A DNA stretch of 10,290 nucleotides from Chthonomonadales bacterium. Lineage in GTDB: Bacteria; Armatimonadota; Chthonomonadetes; Chthonomonadales; Chthonomonadaceae. This document shows positions 1 through 8,315 of this stretch, one piece after another (position 1 is the first letter of the stretch; every line of letters begins with the position of its first letter). Both the position numbers and the translations under genes were made by a program. The notes under the pieces are model-generated. The model was not told the DNA's origin. It saw only the letters and a program-made list of their open reading frames with translations, and made no database searches. The DNA lies in assembly GCA_038217285.1 (NCBI GenBank), contig JBBQPO010000225.1:1-10290 (forward strand). The letters run 5' to 3'.

Positions 1-1504
1 GCCGCTTGGCGAACGACTCGATGGCGTGCAGGCCAGTGCCGTCAATCGCCGTCATGTTCCGCAAGCGCAGGCAAACGACCGGGCCGAACCGGTTCAGGTC
101 GGTGGTCGCGTCTTCGAGTTTGCTGCTGACACCGAACAGGAACGGCCCGTGGATGCGCAGGATCGTCACGTAGGCCGGTATGTGCTTGTCCTGCAAAATG
201 TGGGCCCGCCCGTCCTTGATGTAGTCGTGCGTCACCGATTCCACCGAGGTCGTTTCCGTCACCTGGTAGATGTACAGCATGGACGCCAGCACCATGCCGA
301 TGCCCACGGCGACCGTCAGGTCGGCGAACACCGTGAGTGCGAACGTGGCCGCCCAGACGACGCGGTCGGCCCACGACGACCGCAGGATCGGGCCGATCTC
401 GCGCCACTCGCCCATGCGATAAGCCACCGTGAACAGCACCGCGGCCAGCGTCGCCAGCGGAATGTACTTCGCTAACGGGGCGGCGGCGAGCAGAATCACC
501 AGCAGCGTCAGGGCGTGGACGATGCCCGCGACCGGCGACTTCGCTCCGGAGCGAATATTCGTCGCCGTGCGGGCGATGGCGCCGGTCGCCGGGATGCCGC
601 CGACCAGCGGCACCAGCAAATTCGCGATGCCCTGGGCCGTGAGTTCCGCGTCGGGCCGGTGCCGGTCGCCGCTCATGTTGTCGGCCACCACAGCGGAAAG
701 CAGGCTTTCGATGGCCGCCAACAGCGCGACCGTCACCGCGGAAGGCAATAGCGGCACGATCAACTCAGGCTTGAATTCGGGGATCGAGAATTTGGGCAGG
801 CCCGTCGGAATGCCGCCGAACTTGCTGCCGATGGTTTCGACGTTCAAGCCGAAAGCTACGCACACCACGGTTGCCGCGAGCATGGCGACGATCGACCCCG
901 GCACGCGCTTCGTCACGCGCGGCCAGGCGACGACGAGCAGCAGCGACGCGACGGCGAGGACGACCGCGGTTGGGTTGATCGTGTGCAGGTTCTTCGACAA
1001 GACCCAGAGCCGCTCGGCAAAGTCACTCGGGACATTGTCAATGCTCATTCCCAGAAAATCTTTGATCTGCGTCGAGGCGATGAGCAGGGCGATGCCGTTG
1101 GTAAAGCCGATAGTGACAGGGCGCGGAATGAACTTGACCGCCGTGCCCAGCCCCGTGACGCCCATGAGGACGAGCAGAACGCCCGCCATGAGTGTCACCA
1201 TGAGCAGGCCGGAAAGGCCGAACTTAGCAATGATACCGGCGATAATCACGACGAAAGCGCCGGTCGGCCCGCCGATCTGTGTGCGCGATCCGCCGAGCGC
1301 CGAGATCACGAACCCGGCGACGACCGCCGTATAGATCCCGGATTGCGGCGTGACACCCGACGCGATCCCGAACGCCATCGCCAGCGGTAGCGCCACGAGG
1401 CCCACCGTCAGTCCGGCAATCAGGTCCGCCGTGAAATCCTTCACGGAATAGTTTTTCAGGCAGAGGATCAGTTTCGGAATCAGTTTCTTATTTCTGTTCT
1501 GCAT
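1..1504 (-). CDS. sulP: SulP-family inorganic anion transporter with C-terminal STAS domain (3' end runs off the window)
   Basis: Not in the ORF track (no stop in window). Manual minus-strand translation from ATG at 1504: MQNRNKKLIPKLILCLKNYSVKDFTADLIAGLTVGLVALPLAMAFGIASGVTPQSGIYTAVVAGFVISALGGSRTQIGGPTGAFVV (SulP N-terminal signature); near the left edge VVCLRLRNMTAIDGTGLHAIESFAKR (STAS motif). Confidence 0.95.
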   Translation of the reverse strand, partial: MQNRNKKLIPKLILCLKNYSVKDFTADLIAGLTVGLVALPLAMAFGIASGVTPQSGIYTAVVAGFVISALGGSRTQIGGPTGAFVVIIAGIIAKFGLSGLLMVTLMAGVLLVLMGVTGLGTAVKFIPRPVTIGFTNGIALLIASTQIKDFLGMSIDNVPSDFAERLWVLSKNLHTINPTAVVLAVASLLLVVAWPRVTKRVPGSIVAMLAATVVCVAFGLNVETIGSKFGGIPTGLPKFSIPEFKPELIVPLLPSAVTVALLAAIESLLSAVVADNMSGDRHRPDAELTAQGIANLLVPLVGGIPATGAIARTATNIRSGAKSPVAGIVHALTLLVILLAAAPLAKYIPLATLAAVLFTVAYRMGEWREIGPILRSSWADRVVWAATFALTVFADLTVAVGIGMVLASMLYIYQVTETTSVESVTHDYIKDGRAHILQDKHIPAYVTILRIHGPFLFGVSSKLEDATTDLNRFGPVVCLRLRNMTAIDGTGLHAIESFAKR

Positions 1505-1518
1505 GGGAAGTGTATTAC

Positions 1519-1863
1519 TCATTTGGCTGCGGTTCTCTCGTGTTCGTCGATCTCTTTGAGCATGGACATGGCCTCTTCGATATGCGCCTGAAAATAGCGG
1601 CGCAGAATGTCCAACACTTCGATCAGGAGCGGATCACGCACCGAGTAGAAGACCTGGTTGCCTTCTTTGCGGGCGGCGACGACGTTCTTGGCCCGCAGTA
1701 CCGAAAAATGCTGGGAGGCGTTCGCCTGCTCCAGTCCCAGGCGCTCGACAATGACGCCTGCGGGCAGTTCCCCGTCGCGCAGGACTTCCACGATGGCGAT
1801 TCGGGTCGGATGGGAGAGCGCCTGAAAGACGTTGGCCTTGAACAGACGGAGAGCGTCAGACAT
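1519..1863 (-). CDS. ArsR/SmtB-family winged-helix transcriptional regulator (~114 aa)
   Basis: FKANVFQALSHPTRIAIVEVLRDGELPAG...SQHFSVLR...VAARKEGNQVFYSV is a typical ArsR HTH. Start placed at ATG 1863 (MSDALR), preceded by an AGAAGGA RBS; ends 14 bp before the sulP start. Confidence 0.93.
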   Translation of the reverse strand: MSDALRLFKANVFQALSHPTRIAIVEVLRDGELPAGVIVERLGLEQANASQHFSVLRAKNVVAARKEGNQVFYSVRDPLLIEVLDILRRYFQAHIEEAMSMLKEIDEHERTAAK

Positions 1864-1920
1864 AGAGATTATTTCCTTCTGCATCGAATAACGATGTTCC
1901 ACCTCTATTATGCCATAGTA

Positions 1921-1950
1921 TTCGCATATTCGATATGTCGAATATACGAA
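1921..1950. promoter_or_regulatory. Palindromic operator, probably bound by the adjacent ArsR regulator
   Basis: TTCGCATATTCGA-TATG-TCGAATATACGAA, a 13-4-13 inverted repeat with one mismatch, ~60 bp upstream of arsR and next to a minus-strand extended -10-like TGGCATAAT (1907-1915). Confidence 0.8.
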
Positions 1951-2114
1951 GATGAAACATTGCCTGGTTGGTCTTGTCCTTTAGTTTAGCGTTTTTGTCG
2001 TGGAGGAGAGGTAGATGCACAAACGCCGCGAATTCGAGTATGCTGATTGTGTGGGCATGCAGGATCAAAGAAGGGGAGCACGGAGCGTCTCTGTGGCATT
2101 CTGGAGGACAACCA

Positions 2115-3290
2115 GTGAGATCTGTAGAGCTTTTCGCGGGCGCGGGCGGTCTGGCCATGGGGGTATCCCAGGCGGAATTTACGCCCGAAGCCGTCGTCGA
2201 ATGGGACAGGGATACCTGCATCACCATCCGTTCGAACCAGGAGCGGGGAGTGGTGCCCGTCGCCCACTGGCCCCTGCTCGAAGGCGACGTGCGAGGCATC
2301 GACTTCCACGCATTTCCTCCGGGAATGGACCTTGTGTCAGGCGGACCACCTTGCCAGCCGTTTTCGCTCGGGGGAAAACATAGAGGACAACACGACGAAC
2401 GGGACATGTTTCCTCAGGCTGTACGGGCAGTACGCGAACTCCAGCCCCGAGCCTTCGTCTTCGAGAACGTAAAAGGTCTCCTGCGGCAGTCCTTCGCCAA
2501 GTATTTCGAATATGTCCTCCTCCAACTTACCCATCCCGATGTCATGAGGGCTCCTGACGATGGGGACTGGACCGACCATCTAGCTAGATTGGAGCGCCAC
2601 CATACTGGAGGCGCTACGGACGGGCTCTCTTATAAGGTGGTATTCCGATTGCTAAACGCCGCAGATTACGGGGTGCCGCAGAAGCGTGAGCGTGTCTTCA
2701 TAGTCGGCTTCCGCGCCGACCTCGGACTGGAGTGGTCGTTTCCGGAAGCCACCCACTCGCAGAACGCGTTGCTCTGGGACCAGTGGGTAACCGGCGATTA
2801 TTGGGAAAGGCATCGCATCTCCCGTCCGCAAGCGCCCGAGAAACTGAGGCCGTACGTCCGGCAATTGCAAACGGAGTTGTTCCCCCCGGTTCAGCAAGCC
2901 TGGCGAACCGTCAGGGACGCCATAGGGGATCTGCCCGATCCGGAGCAGAAGGACTGGTCCGACCGCTATCCCAACCACCGGCACAATCCCGGCGCACGTG
3001 CCTATGCGGGGCACACCGGAAGCCTGATCGACGAACCCGCGAAGACGCTGAAGGCAGGCGACCATGGCGTACCGGGCGGCGAAAACATGCTGGCATTCGC
3101 GGACGGCCATGTGCGGTACCTCACTGTGCGCGAGAGCGCACGCCTGCAGGACTTTCCCGACGATTACGTGTTCCCCGTATCCTGGACCGAAAGTATGCGG
3201 CAGTTGGGCAACGCGGTTCCCGTTAGTCTTGCACGGACCATCGCCGCCAGCGTGGGCAGTCGCCTCAATGGGCCGGGGCGGGCTGCATGA
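2115..3290 (+). CDS. DNA (cytosine-5)-methyltransferase, M.Eco29kI-like (~391 aa)
   Basis: C5-MTase motifs in order: ELFAGAGG (I), GGPPCQPFS (IV), FENVKGL (VI), YGVPQKRERV (VIII), RESARLQDFP (IX), LGNAVP (X). The variable region ARAYAGHTGS...KTLKAGDHGVPGGENM resembles M.Eco29kI (from memory). GTG start at 2115 follows a GGAGG RBS. Confidence 0.96.
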   Translation: MRSVELFAGAGGLAMGVSQAEFTPEAVVEWDRDTCITIRSNQERGVVPVAHWPLLEGDVRGIDFHAFPPGMDLVSGGPPCQPFSLGGKHRGQHDERDMFPQAVRAVRELQPRAFVFENVKGLLRQSFAKYFEYVLLQLTHPDVMRAPDDGDWTDHLARLERHHTGGATDGLSYKVVFRLLNAADYGVPQKRERVFIVGFRADLGLEWSFPEATHSQNALLWDQWVTGDYWERHRISRPQAPEKLRPYVRQLQTELFPPVQQAWRTVRDAIGDLPDPEQKDWSDRYPNHRHNPGARAYAGHTGSLIDEPAKTLKAGDHGVPGGENMLAFADGHVRYLTVRESARLQDFPDDYVFPVSWTESMRQLGNAVPVSLARTIAASVGSRLNGPGRAA

Positions 3291-4174
3291 CCTCATTTCC
3301 AGAAGGCTCCTCCCCACGCATAATCGATCATAAGGCGGTGCTTGAGACGCTACAGGCATTGCTGGAAACCCTGGATGGAACCTACGTCACTCCCGACATG
3401 ATCTCGACAGCCCGTCGTAAGAAACTCCGGGTCAAGATCGACGCTGCCCTCCTTGAACTCCAACGTGTCCTCCAGGAGATGAGCCCGGTCAGGATGCCTG
3501 CCGTTGTGCTGGACCCTTCCGATCCTAAAGTCATCGGCAAGCTCATCGCGGACACACTCCTCGAACAGCCCCGGTTCCCGTTGGAGGCCGTGCCGAGATT
3601 TTACGGAAGCGGAGTATACGCCCTCTATTATCGGGGGAGGTTCGACGCTTATGAGCCCATATCCGGCACCGAAACCCCGCTCTACGTGGGGAAAGCGGAC
3701 CCGAGTTCGCAAAACGCCCAGACCGTAATCGAGCAAGGTGAGAAGCTGGTCGGTAGGTTAAACGACCATAAGCGCACCCTTACCAAGGCGGGAAACCTGG
3801 ATATCAAGGACTTCGATTGCCGCTATCTCGTCGTTAAAAGCGCGTGGCAGACCACTGCGGAAACCTATCTTATCCAGGGATTCGGGCCTGTCTGGAACGA
3901 CGAAATAGGGATCTGTTACGGCTTTGGAAAGCATGGCGATTCTGCTGCGACCCGAAGCAACACCCGCTCACCATGGGATACGCTCCATCCAGGGCGGGAA
4001 TGGGCATGGGCGCCCGGCAACAAGTCCAATCCGCTGTCCGCAGAGGACATTAAGAGACTGATCGCCCAGTATTACGCTTCCAAACCTCCCACCGCCAGGG
4101 CGGAGCTGCCGATAGGTAGCGTTCCGAATCCCCTCACGCTCGTTGCGGAGGAAGAGGTTGAAGCCGAGCGTTAA
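3287..4174 (+). CDS. Eco29kI-family GIY-YIG type II restriction endonuclease (295 aa)
   Basis: GSGVYALYY...LYVGKA (GIY-YIG), GRLNDH (Arg/His), AETYLI (Glu), PVWN (Asn), GFGKH and SPWDTLHPGREWA match Eco29kI-family motifs. ATGA overlap with the MTase stop suggests translational coupling. Confidence 0.92.
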   Translation: MTSFPEGSSPRIIDHKAVLETLQALLETLDGTYVTPDMISTARRKKLRVKIDAALLELQRVLQEMSPVRMPAVVLDPSDPKVIGKLIADTLLEQPRFPLEAVPRFYGSGVYALYYRGRFDAYEPISGTETPLYVGKADPSSQNAQTVIEQGEKLVGRLNDHKRTLTKAGNLDIKDFDCRYLVVKSAWQTTAETYLIQGFGPVWNDEIGICYGFGKHGDSAATRSNTRSPWDTLHPGREWAWAPGNKSNPLSAEDIKRLIAQYYASKPPTARAELPIGSVPNPLTLVAEEEVEAER

Positions 4175-4226
4175 CCTGTCGAAGTGGCGCAGGCCCTCTC
4201 GCCGGGACGCAGGAAAGGAGATTCCG

Positions 4227-4451
4227 ATGTTATTTCCACGCAATCGCATGCGTTTCTCGTCTCTCTATCAAGGCAAGACCGAGCCGGGGGGCTGGATCGT
4301 GCTGGATCTATCGGGCGCGGACCTGGACGGTCTGAAGCAGCTCTATCTCTCGATGGAAGACATCGAACACCTGAAACAGGGCGGCGACAAAGCGTCCGAC
4401 CGCCTCAAACAGGCGCGGTCACTCCTGGGAGCGGACACGGAAGAGGAATAA
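4227..4451 (+). CDS. Hypothetical small protein (74 aa)
   Basis: Strong AAAGGAG RBS 6 nt before ATG 4227; MLFPRNRMRFSSLYQGKTEPGGWIVLDLSGADLDGLKQLYLSMEDIEHLKQ... looks protein-like, with an acidic tail; no family recognised. Confidence 0.7.
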   Translation: MLFPRNRMRFSSLYQGKTEPGGWIVLDLSGADLDGLKQLYLSMEDIEHLKQGGDKASDRLKQARSLLGADTEEE

Positions 4452-4675
4452 GGGGTATAGCCCGGATTGCTTGAGGAGAACGCGATCCAGAAGGTTGATA
4501 CGCCGCAACTCTCGACAATGTTCTGTATCTCTCCTGCCTTCCTTAAGAAGTCGCCGCTTTGCGGCATTTCAAATCCCCTATTCCCCCGGGGATTTTCCTG
4601 CCTTTCTGCTCGTATCCCCTCCTTTCCCCTCCTTTGTTCATAGCCGCTTCCTATCATTCCTATTGAAACATCGTT

Positions 4676-4705
4676 TTGGACTTTGAACGCTTCCTGGGAT
4701 ATACT
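4676..4705 (+). promoter_or_regulatory. Putative sigma70 promoter for leuCD
   Basis: TTGGAC (4676-4681) - 18 nt - TATACT (4700-4705), 30 nt upstream of the leuC ATG; AGGAGG RBS at 4721-4726. Confidence 0.5.
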
Positions 4706-4735
4706 ATAGGTACAGTATCGAGGAGGAGTGCACCA

Positions 4736-6148
4736 ATGCCGAAAACGATGTTTGAGAAGATATGGGAGGCGCACGTCGTGCGGGAAGAGGCGGGACAGCC
4801 AGCGCTGCTCTATATCGACCTGCACCTCGTCCACGAAGTCACCTCTCCCCAGGCGTTCGAGGGCCTGCGCCTGACCGGGCGCACGGTTCGGCGCCCCGAC
4901 CTGACCGTCGCCACGATGGACCACAACGTCCCCACGACCGATCGGTCCCTGCCGATCACCGATCAGATCGCCCTCAAGCAGATGCAGGCGCTCGCCAAAA
5001 ACTGCGAAGAGTTCGGGGTCACCCTCTACGATATTCATGACCGACGGCAGGGAATCGTCCATGTGATCGGGCCGGAGTTGGGGATCACCCAGCCCGGACA
5101 GACCATTGTGTGCGGCGACAGCCATACCAGCACGCACGGCGCCTTCGGCGCGCTCGCCTTCGGCATCGGGACTAGTGAAGTCGAGCATGTCCTCGCCACG
5201 CAGTGTCTGCCGCAGTCGAAGCCGAAAACCATGGAGATCCGCGTCAACGGCGAGCTTGGCCCCGGCGTCACCGCCAAAGATGTTATCCTCGCCATCATCG
5301 GCAAGATCGGGACCGATGGCGCCACAGGCTTTGCCGTCGAATATACCGGCGACGTTATCCGCGCGCTCAGTATGGAAGGCCGCATGACCGTCTGCAACAT
5401 GAGCATCGAGGCCGGCGCCCGCGCCGGAATGATCGCTCCCGATGAGAAGACGTTCGCCTATGTGAAGGGCCGCCCTTTCGCGCCCCAGGGCCGCGACTGG
5501 GACGCCGCCCTCGCGGAGTGGCGCAAACTGCCGACCGATGCCGGAGCAACATTCGATGTGCTCGTCGAGCTCGATGCCGCCGACATCGCGCCCTACATCT
5601 CCTGGGGAACCAGCCCCGGCATGGTCCTGCCCATCACCGCTGTCGTTCCCAGCCCCGACACGATCGTGTCCGACTCCGACCGCCGTGCTGTCGTCCGCGC
5701 ACTGGAGTATATGGGCCTGACACCCGGGACTCCGCTTCAGGATCTCACCCTGGAGAAGGTCTTTATCGGCTCCTGTACCAACGGGCGCATCGAAGACCTG
5801 CGTGCCGCCGCTGCGGTGGCGAAGGGCCGCACGGTTCACCCCACCGTCCATGCCATGGTCGTGCCCGGCTCGCACGCCGTGAAAGCGCAGGCCGAGGCCG
5901 AGGGCCTGGACAGCATCTTCCGCGCCGCCGACTTCGACTGGCGCGAGCCTGGTTGCTCCATGTGCCTGGGCATGAACCCCGACATCCTGCAGCCCGGCCA
6001 GCGCTGCGCCTCGACCTCGAACCGCAACTTCGAGGGACGGCAGGGCAAAGGCGGGCGAACGCATCTTGTCAGTCCGCAGATGGCCGCCGCTGCTGCCATC
6101 GCTGGACACTTCGTCGATATACGCGACTGGAAAGAGAGAGGCGCTTAA
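4736..6148 (+). CDS. leuC: 3-isopropylmalate dehydratase large subunit (470 aa)
   Basis: [68 protein letters not shown] (4Fe-4S Cys ligands), [12 protein letters not shown]; strong RBS before ATG 4736. Confidence 0.99.
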   Translation: MPKTMFEKIWEAHVVREEAGQPALLYIDLHLVHEVTSPQAFEGLRLTGRTVRRPDLTVATMDHNVPTTDRSLPITDQIALKQMQALAKNCEEFGVTLYDIHDRRQGIVHVIGPELGITQPGQTIVCGDSHTSTHGAFGALAFGIGTSEVEHVLATQCLPQSKPKTMEIRVNGELGPGVTAKDVILAIIGKIGTDGATGFAVEYTGDVIRALSMEGRMTVCNMSIEAGARAGMIAPDEKTFAYVKGRPFAPQGRDWDAALAEWRKLPTDAGATFDVLVELDAADIAPYISWGTSPGMVLPITAVVPSPDTIVSDSDRRAVVRALEYMGLTPGTPLQDLTLEKVFIGSCTNGRIEDLRAAAAVAKGRTVHPTVHAMVVPGSHAVKAQAEAEGLDSIFRAADFDWREPGCSMCLGMNPDILQPGQRCASTSNRNFEGRQGKGGRTHLVSPQMAAAAAIAGHFVDIRDWKERGA

Positions 6149-6151
6149 ACT

Positions 6152-6766
6152 ATGGAACCCTTTGTCCGCATCACGGGCCTTGTCGCCCCCCTCGACCGCG
6201 TCAACGTCGATACCGACCAGATCATTCCCAAGCAGTTCCTGAAGCGTATCGAGCGCACCGGTTTCGGGGAGTTTCTCTTCTTCGACTGGCGGTATCAGAA
6301 CGACGGCAAAACGCCCGATCCTGCATTCGAGCTTAATGCACCCGCCGTGCAGGGCGCCACCGTGCTGCTTGCCGGGAAAAACTTCGGCTGCGGCTCCTCC
6401 CGTGAGCACGCGCCCTGGGCATTGAACGACTACGGCTTCCGCGCGCTCATCGCGCCGTCCTACGCCGATATCTTCTATAACAACTGTTTCAAGAACGGCA
6501 TCCTGCCCGTGACCCTGCCCGAGGAGACCGTCGACTTCCTGTTGACCCGCGCAAAGGCGACGCCTGGCTACCGGATGACCGTCGATCTGGAGACCCAGAC
6601 TGTGCAGGACGAGCAGGGCTTCTCCGCCCGCTTCGAGGTCGAGCCGTTCCGCCGCCACTGCCTACTGAACGGCCTCGACGACATCGGGCTCACCTTGCAG
6701 CATGTCGACGCCATCACGACCTATGAAGCCGGGCGTCCGGGGTGGAAACGCGGCGTGGCAGCCTGA
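6152..6766 (+). CDS. leuD: 3-isopropylmalate dehydratase small subunit (204 aa)
   Basis: [52 protein letters not shown]; 3 bp downstream of leuC. Confidence 0.99.
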   Translation: MEPFVRITGLVAPLDRVNVDTDQIIPKQFLKRIERTGFGEFLFFDWRYQNDGKTPDPAFELNAPAVQGATVLLAGKNFGCGSSREHAPWALNDYGFRALIAPSYADIFYNNCFKNGILPVTLPEETVDFLLTRAKATPGYRMTVDLETQTVQDEQGFSARFEVEPFRRHCLLNGLDDIGLTLQHVDAITTYEAGRPGWKRGVAA

Positions 6767-6794
6767 ACGATGTTTGGAATCGTAGATCGCTGCA

Positions 6795-6828
6795 GAAGGG
6801 GAAGGTCCGCTTCGGGGCCTTCCCCTTC
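6795..6828 (+). terminator. Stem-loop after leuD (probable terminator or transcript-stabilising hairpin)
   Basis: GAAGGGGAAGGTCC-GCTTCG-GGGCCTTCCCCTTC, a 14-bp stem with one G-U pair; no clear U-tract. Confidence 0.6.
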
Positions 6829-6928
6829 CGCCCCCGAATTCCCTCTTACTCCCCATTTTCGCTGCGCCCAAATCCAATTCCAGCGCTGCATACACTAATC
6901 GAGTGACATTCGGTTCGACGTCACCTCC

Positions 6929-7171
6929 GCCAATATGCGGTGGTGAGGAATCACCGGCGCGACCCGAACTCTGTTGTTCGCCGGACTATCGTAATTATGG
7001 TCCGCTCAAATCTTCGTCTCTATAGGACCTTCCCTGGCGCGTATTTGCGCCGGTATCTACCTGGGGAAGGCTCGCCCGTGTCCTCGCGTCGTAGGGCTGT
7101 TCCATGGTACGACGCACACCAGCATATTGGCCGCAGAACCGGGCAATCCCCAGCTTCTGCGGTCCTTTTTT
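6929..7171 (+). ncRNA. Candidate structured non-coding RNA or cis-regulatory leader (unassigned)
   Basis: Long-range closing helix GCCAATATGC(GGTG) 6929-6942 / (CACC)AGCATATTGGC 7117-7131 encloses several hairpins and is followed by a terminator; no credible ORF. Confidence 0.5.
7129..7171 (+). terminator. Intrinsic terminator upstream of the first prepilin-like gene
   Basis: GGCCGCAGAA (7129-7138) / TTCTGCGGTC (7155-7164) stem followed by TTTTTT (7166-7171). Confidence 0.7.
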
Positions 7172-7200
7172 GCCATCGCTGCCACACGACCAATCTTACA

Positions 7201-7230
7201 GGAAACTTTTCGCTGCCCTGAGACGTCTAA
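7201..7230 (+). promoter_or_regulatory. Putative ECF sigma-factor promoter
   Basis: GGAAAC (7201-7206) - 17 nt - CGTCTAA (7224-7230) matches the common ECF GAAAC-N16/17-CGTC pattern; it lies just after the terminator and ~110 nt before the ATG at 7343. Confidence 0.6.
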
Positions 7231-7342
7231 TTTAGCGATGCAGTCCTCTGCCGGAATCTAACTGACTCATGGAGTTCCGTCTCGGAAGGCTCGTCTACTG
7301 CTGCCATGTTTCCTCATTTCTTTCTTTCCAGGAGGGTTCTCT

Positions 7343-8212
7343 ATGTCTCAACGCAAATCAGGTGGATTCACTCTGATCGAGCTGCTCGTCGTCATCGCCA
7401 TCATCGCGATCCTCGCCGCCATTCTCTTCCCTGTCTTCGCGCAGGCTCGCGAAAAAGCGCGCGCGACCTCCTGCGTCTCCAACGAGAAGCAGTTGGCTAC
7501 CGCTATTCTGATGTACAGTCAGGATTATGACGAGTCGTACCCGCTCGCATTCGGCTCTGATCCCGGCCTTCCCGGCTGGGGTTGGAACTATCGTATGCCT
7601 GTACCGCTGAGTTGGGCCACGCCAACCAATGCGCGCTCTAACGCCGCAGCCAGCAACTGGATCAACTCTACCAGCCCCTACGTCAAGAACTCCCAGGTCG
7701 TCACCTGTCCCTCCAGTGTCAACGTGGGATTTGGAGGCGGCAACGCCTACACGGGAGCCGGGCGCGTCCCGGTGTCTCTGACATTCAACGGGCTGCTGAT
7801 GGCCTACTCACTGGCGGGCGTTTTGACCCCTGCAAACCTGCCGCTGTTGACGGAAGGACAGGGCAAAGCGGCACTGGACGGCTATAGTCTGGCTTTCCCC
7901 GTGCTGCTATGCCCCGACCCCGCACAGGGCTGCTCGTACAAACCCCGTACTGCCAACGGTTGCGACGCCGGCAACGGTTCGACGAGTTCCTGGTTCGGAA
8001 CCCGAAATCAGCCTGCTCCCGTTCACTCGGGCGGAAGCAATGTCGCCTTCTGTGATGGTCACGTGAAGTTCCGACATCTTGCTGGAAACAATTACGGCAC
8101 CGGAAGCGGGATCGACTTCTGGACCAACTATGATGCGGGCAATGTTCCCGCCGGTGCCTGGTGGAACGGCTGTCATCTGTGGCTCTTCCGACCTGACGTC
8201 GACTGGAACTAG
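7343..8212 (+). CDS. Prepilin-type N-terminal cleavage/methylation protein with DUF1559-like region and C-terminal H-X9-DG motif (289 aa)
   Basis: [40 protein letters not shown] (class III signal with E+5), SCVSNEKQ...[44 protein letters not shown]. Confidence 0.95.
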   Translation: MSQRKSGGFTLIELLVVIAIIAILAAILFPVFAQAREKARATSCVSNEKQLATAILMYSQDYDESYPLAFGSDPGLPGWGWNYRMPVPLSWATPTNARSNAAASNWINSTSPYVKNSQVVTCPSSVNVGFGGGNAYTGAGRVPVSLTFNGLLMAYSLAGVLTPANLPLLTEGQGKAALDGYSLAFPVLLCPDPAQGCSYKPRTANGCDAGNGSTSSWFGTRNQPAPVHSGGSNVAFCDGHVKFRHLAGNNYGTGSGIDFWTNYDAGNVPAGAWWNGCHLWLFRPDVDWN

Positions 8213-8315
8213 TCGGCCTTCACTATTTTCCCAATCCTCTTGAAGTATGCAGAGGTGGATCCGGAAAATAAGATCAAGTCTGATAATTTCGTGCCTTCGA
8301 AAGGGAGCTTCCCGC

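Noticed and set aside
26-1390. Plus-strand ORFs 26-475, 429-1334, 515-751 and 983-1390, and minus-strand 42-407
   Set aside because: All overlap the well-supported minus-strand sulP frame; shadow or alternative frames.
1510-1989. 159-aa plus-strand ORF
   Set aside because: Antisense to arsR and runs through its operator.
1968-2114. Long N-terminal extension of the methyltransferase in the ORF track
   Set aside because: Motif I normally lies at the extreme N-terminus, and a GGAGG RBS precedes GTG 2115.
4518-4643. 41-codon ORF upstream of leuC as a leader peptide
   Set aside because: No run of Leu codons, weak RBS, and it lies upstream of the likely leuC promoter.
4343-6658. 771-aa minus-strand ORF
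   Set aside because: Antisense shadow of leuC/leuD caused by GC-rich codon bias; no recognisable motifs.
6929-7131. Retron msr-msd or MITE interpretation of the terminal inverted repeats
   Set aside because: No reverse transcriptase or transposase nearby and no evident target-site duplication.
6940-7221. 93-aa plus-strand ORF
   Set aside because: No RBS, atypical composition, and it crosses an intrinsic terminator; better explained as structured non-coding sequence.
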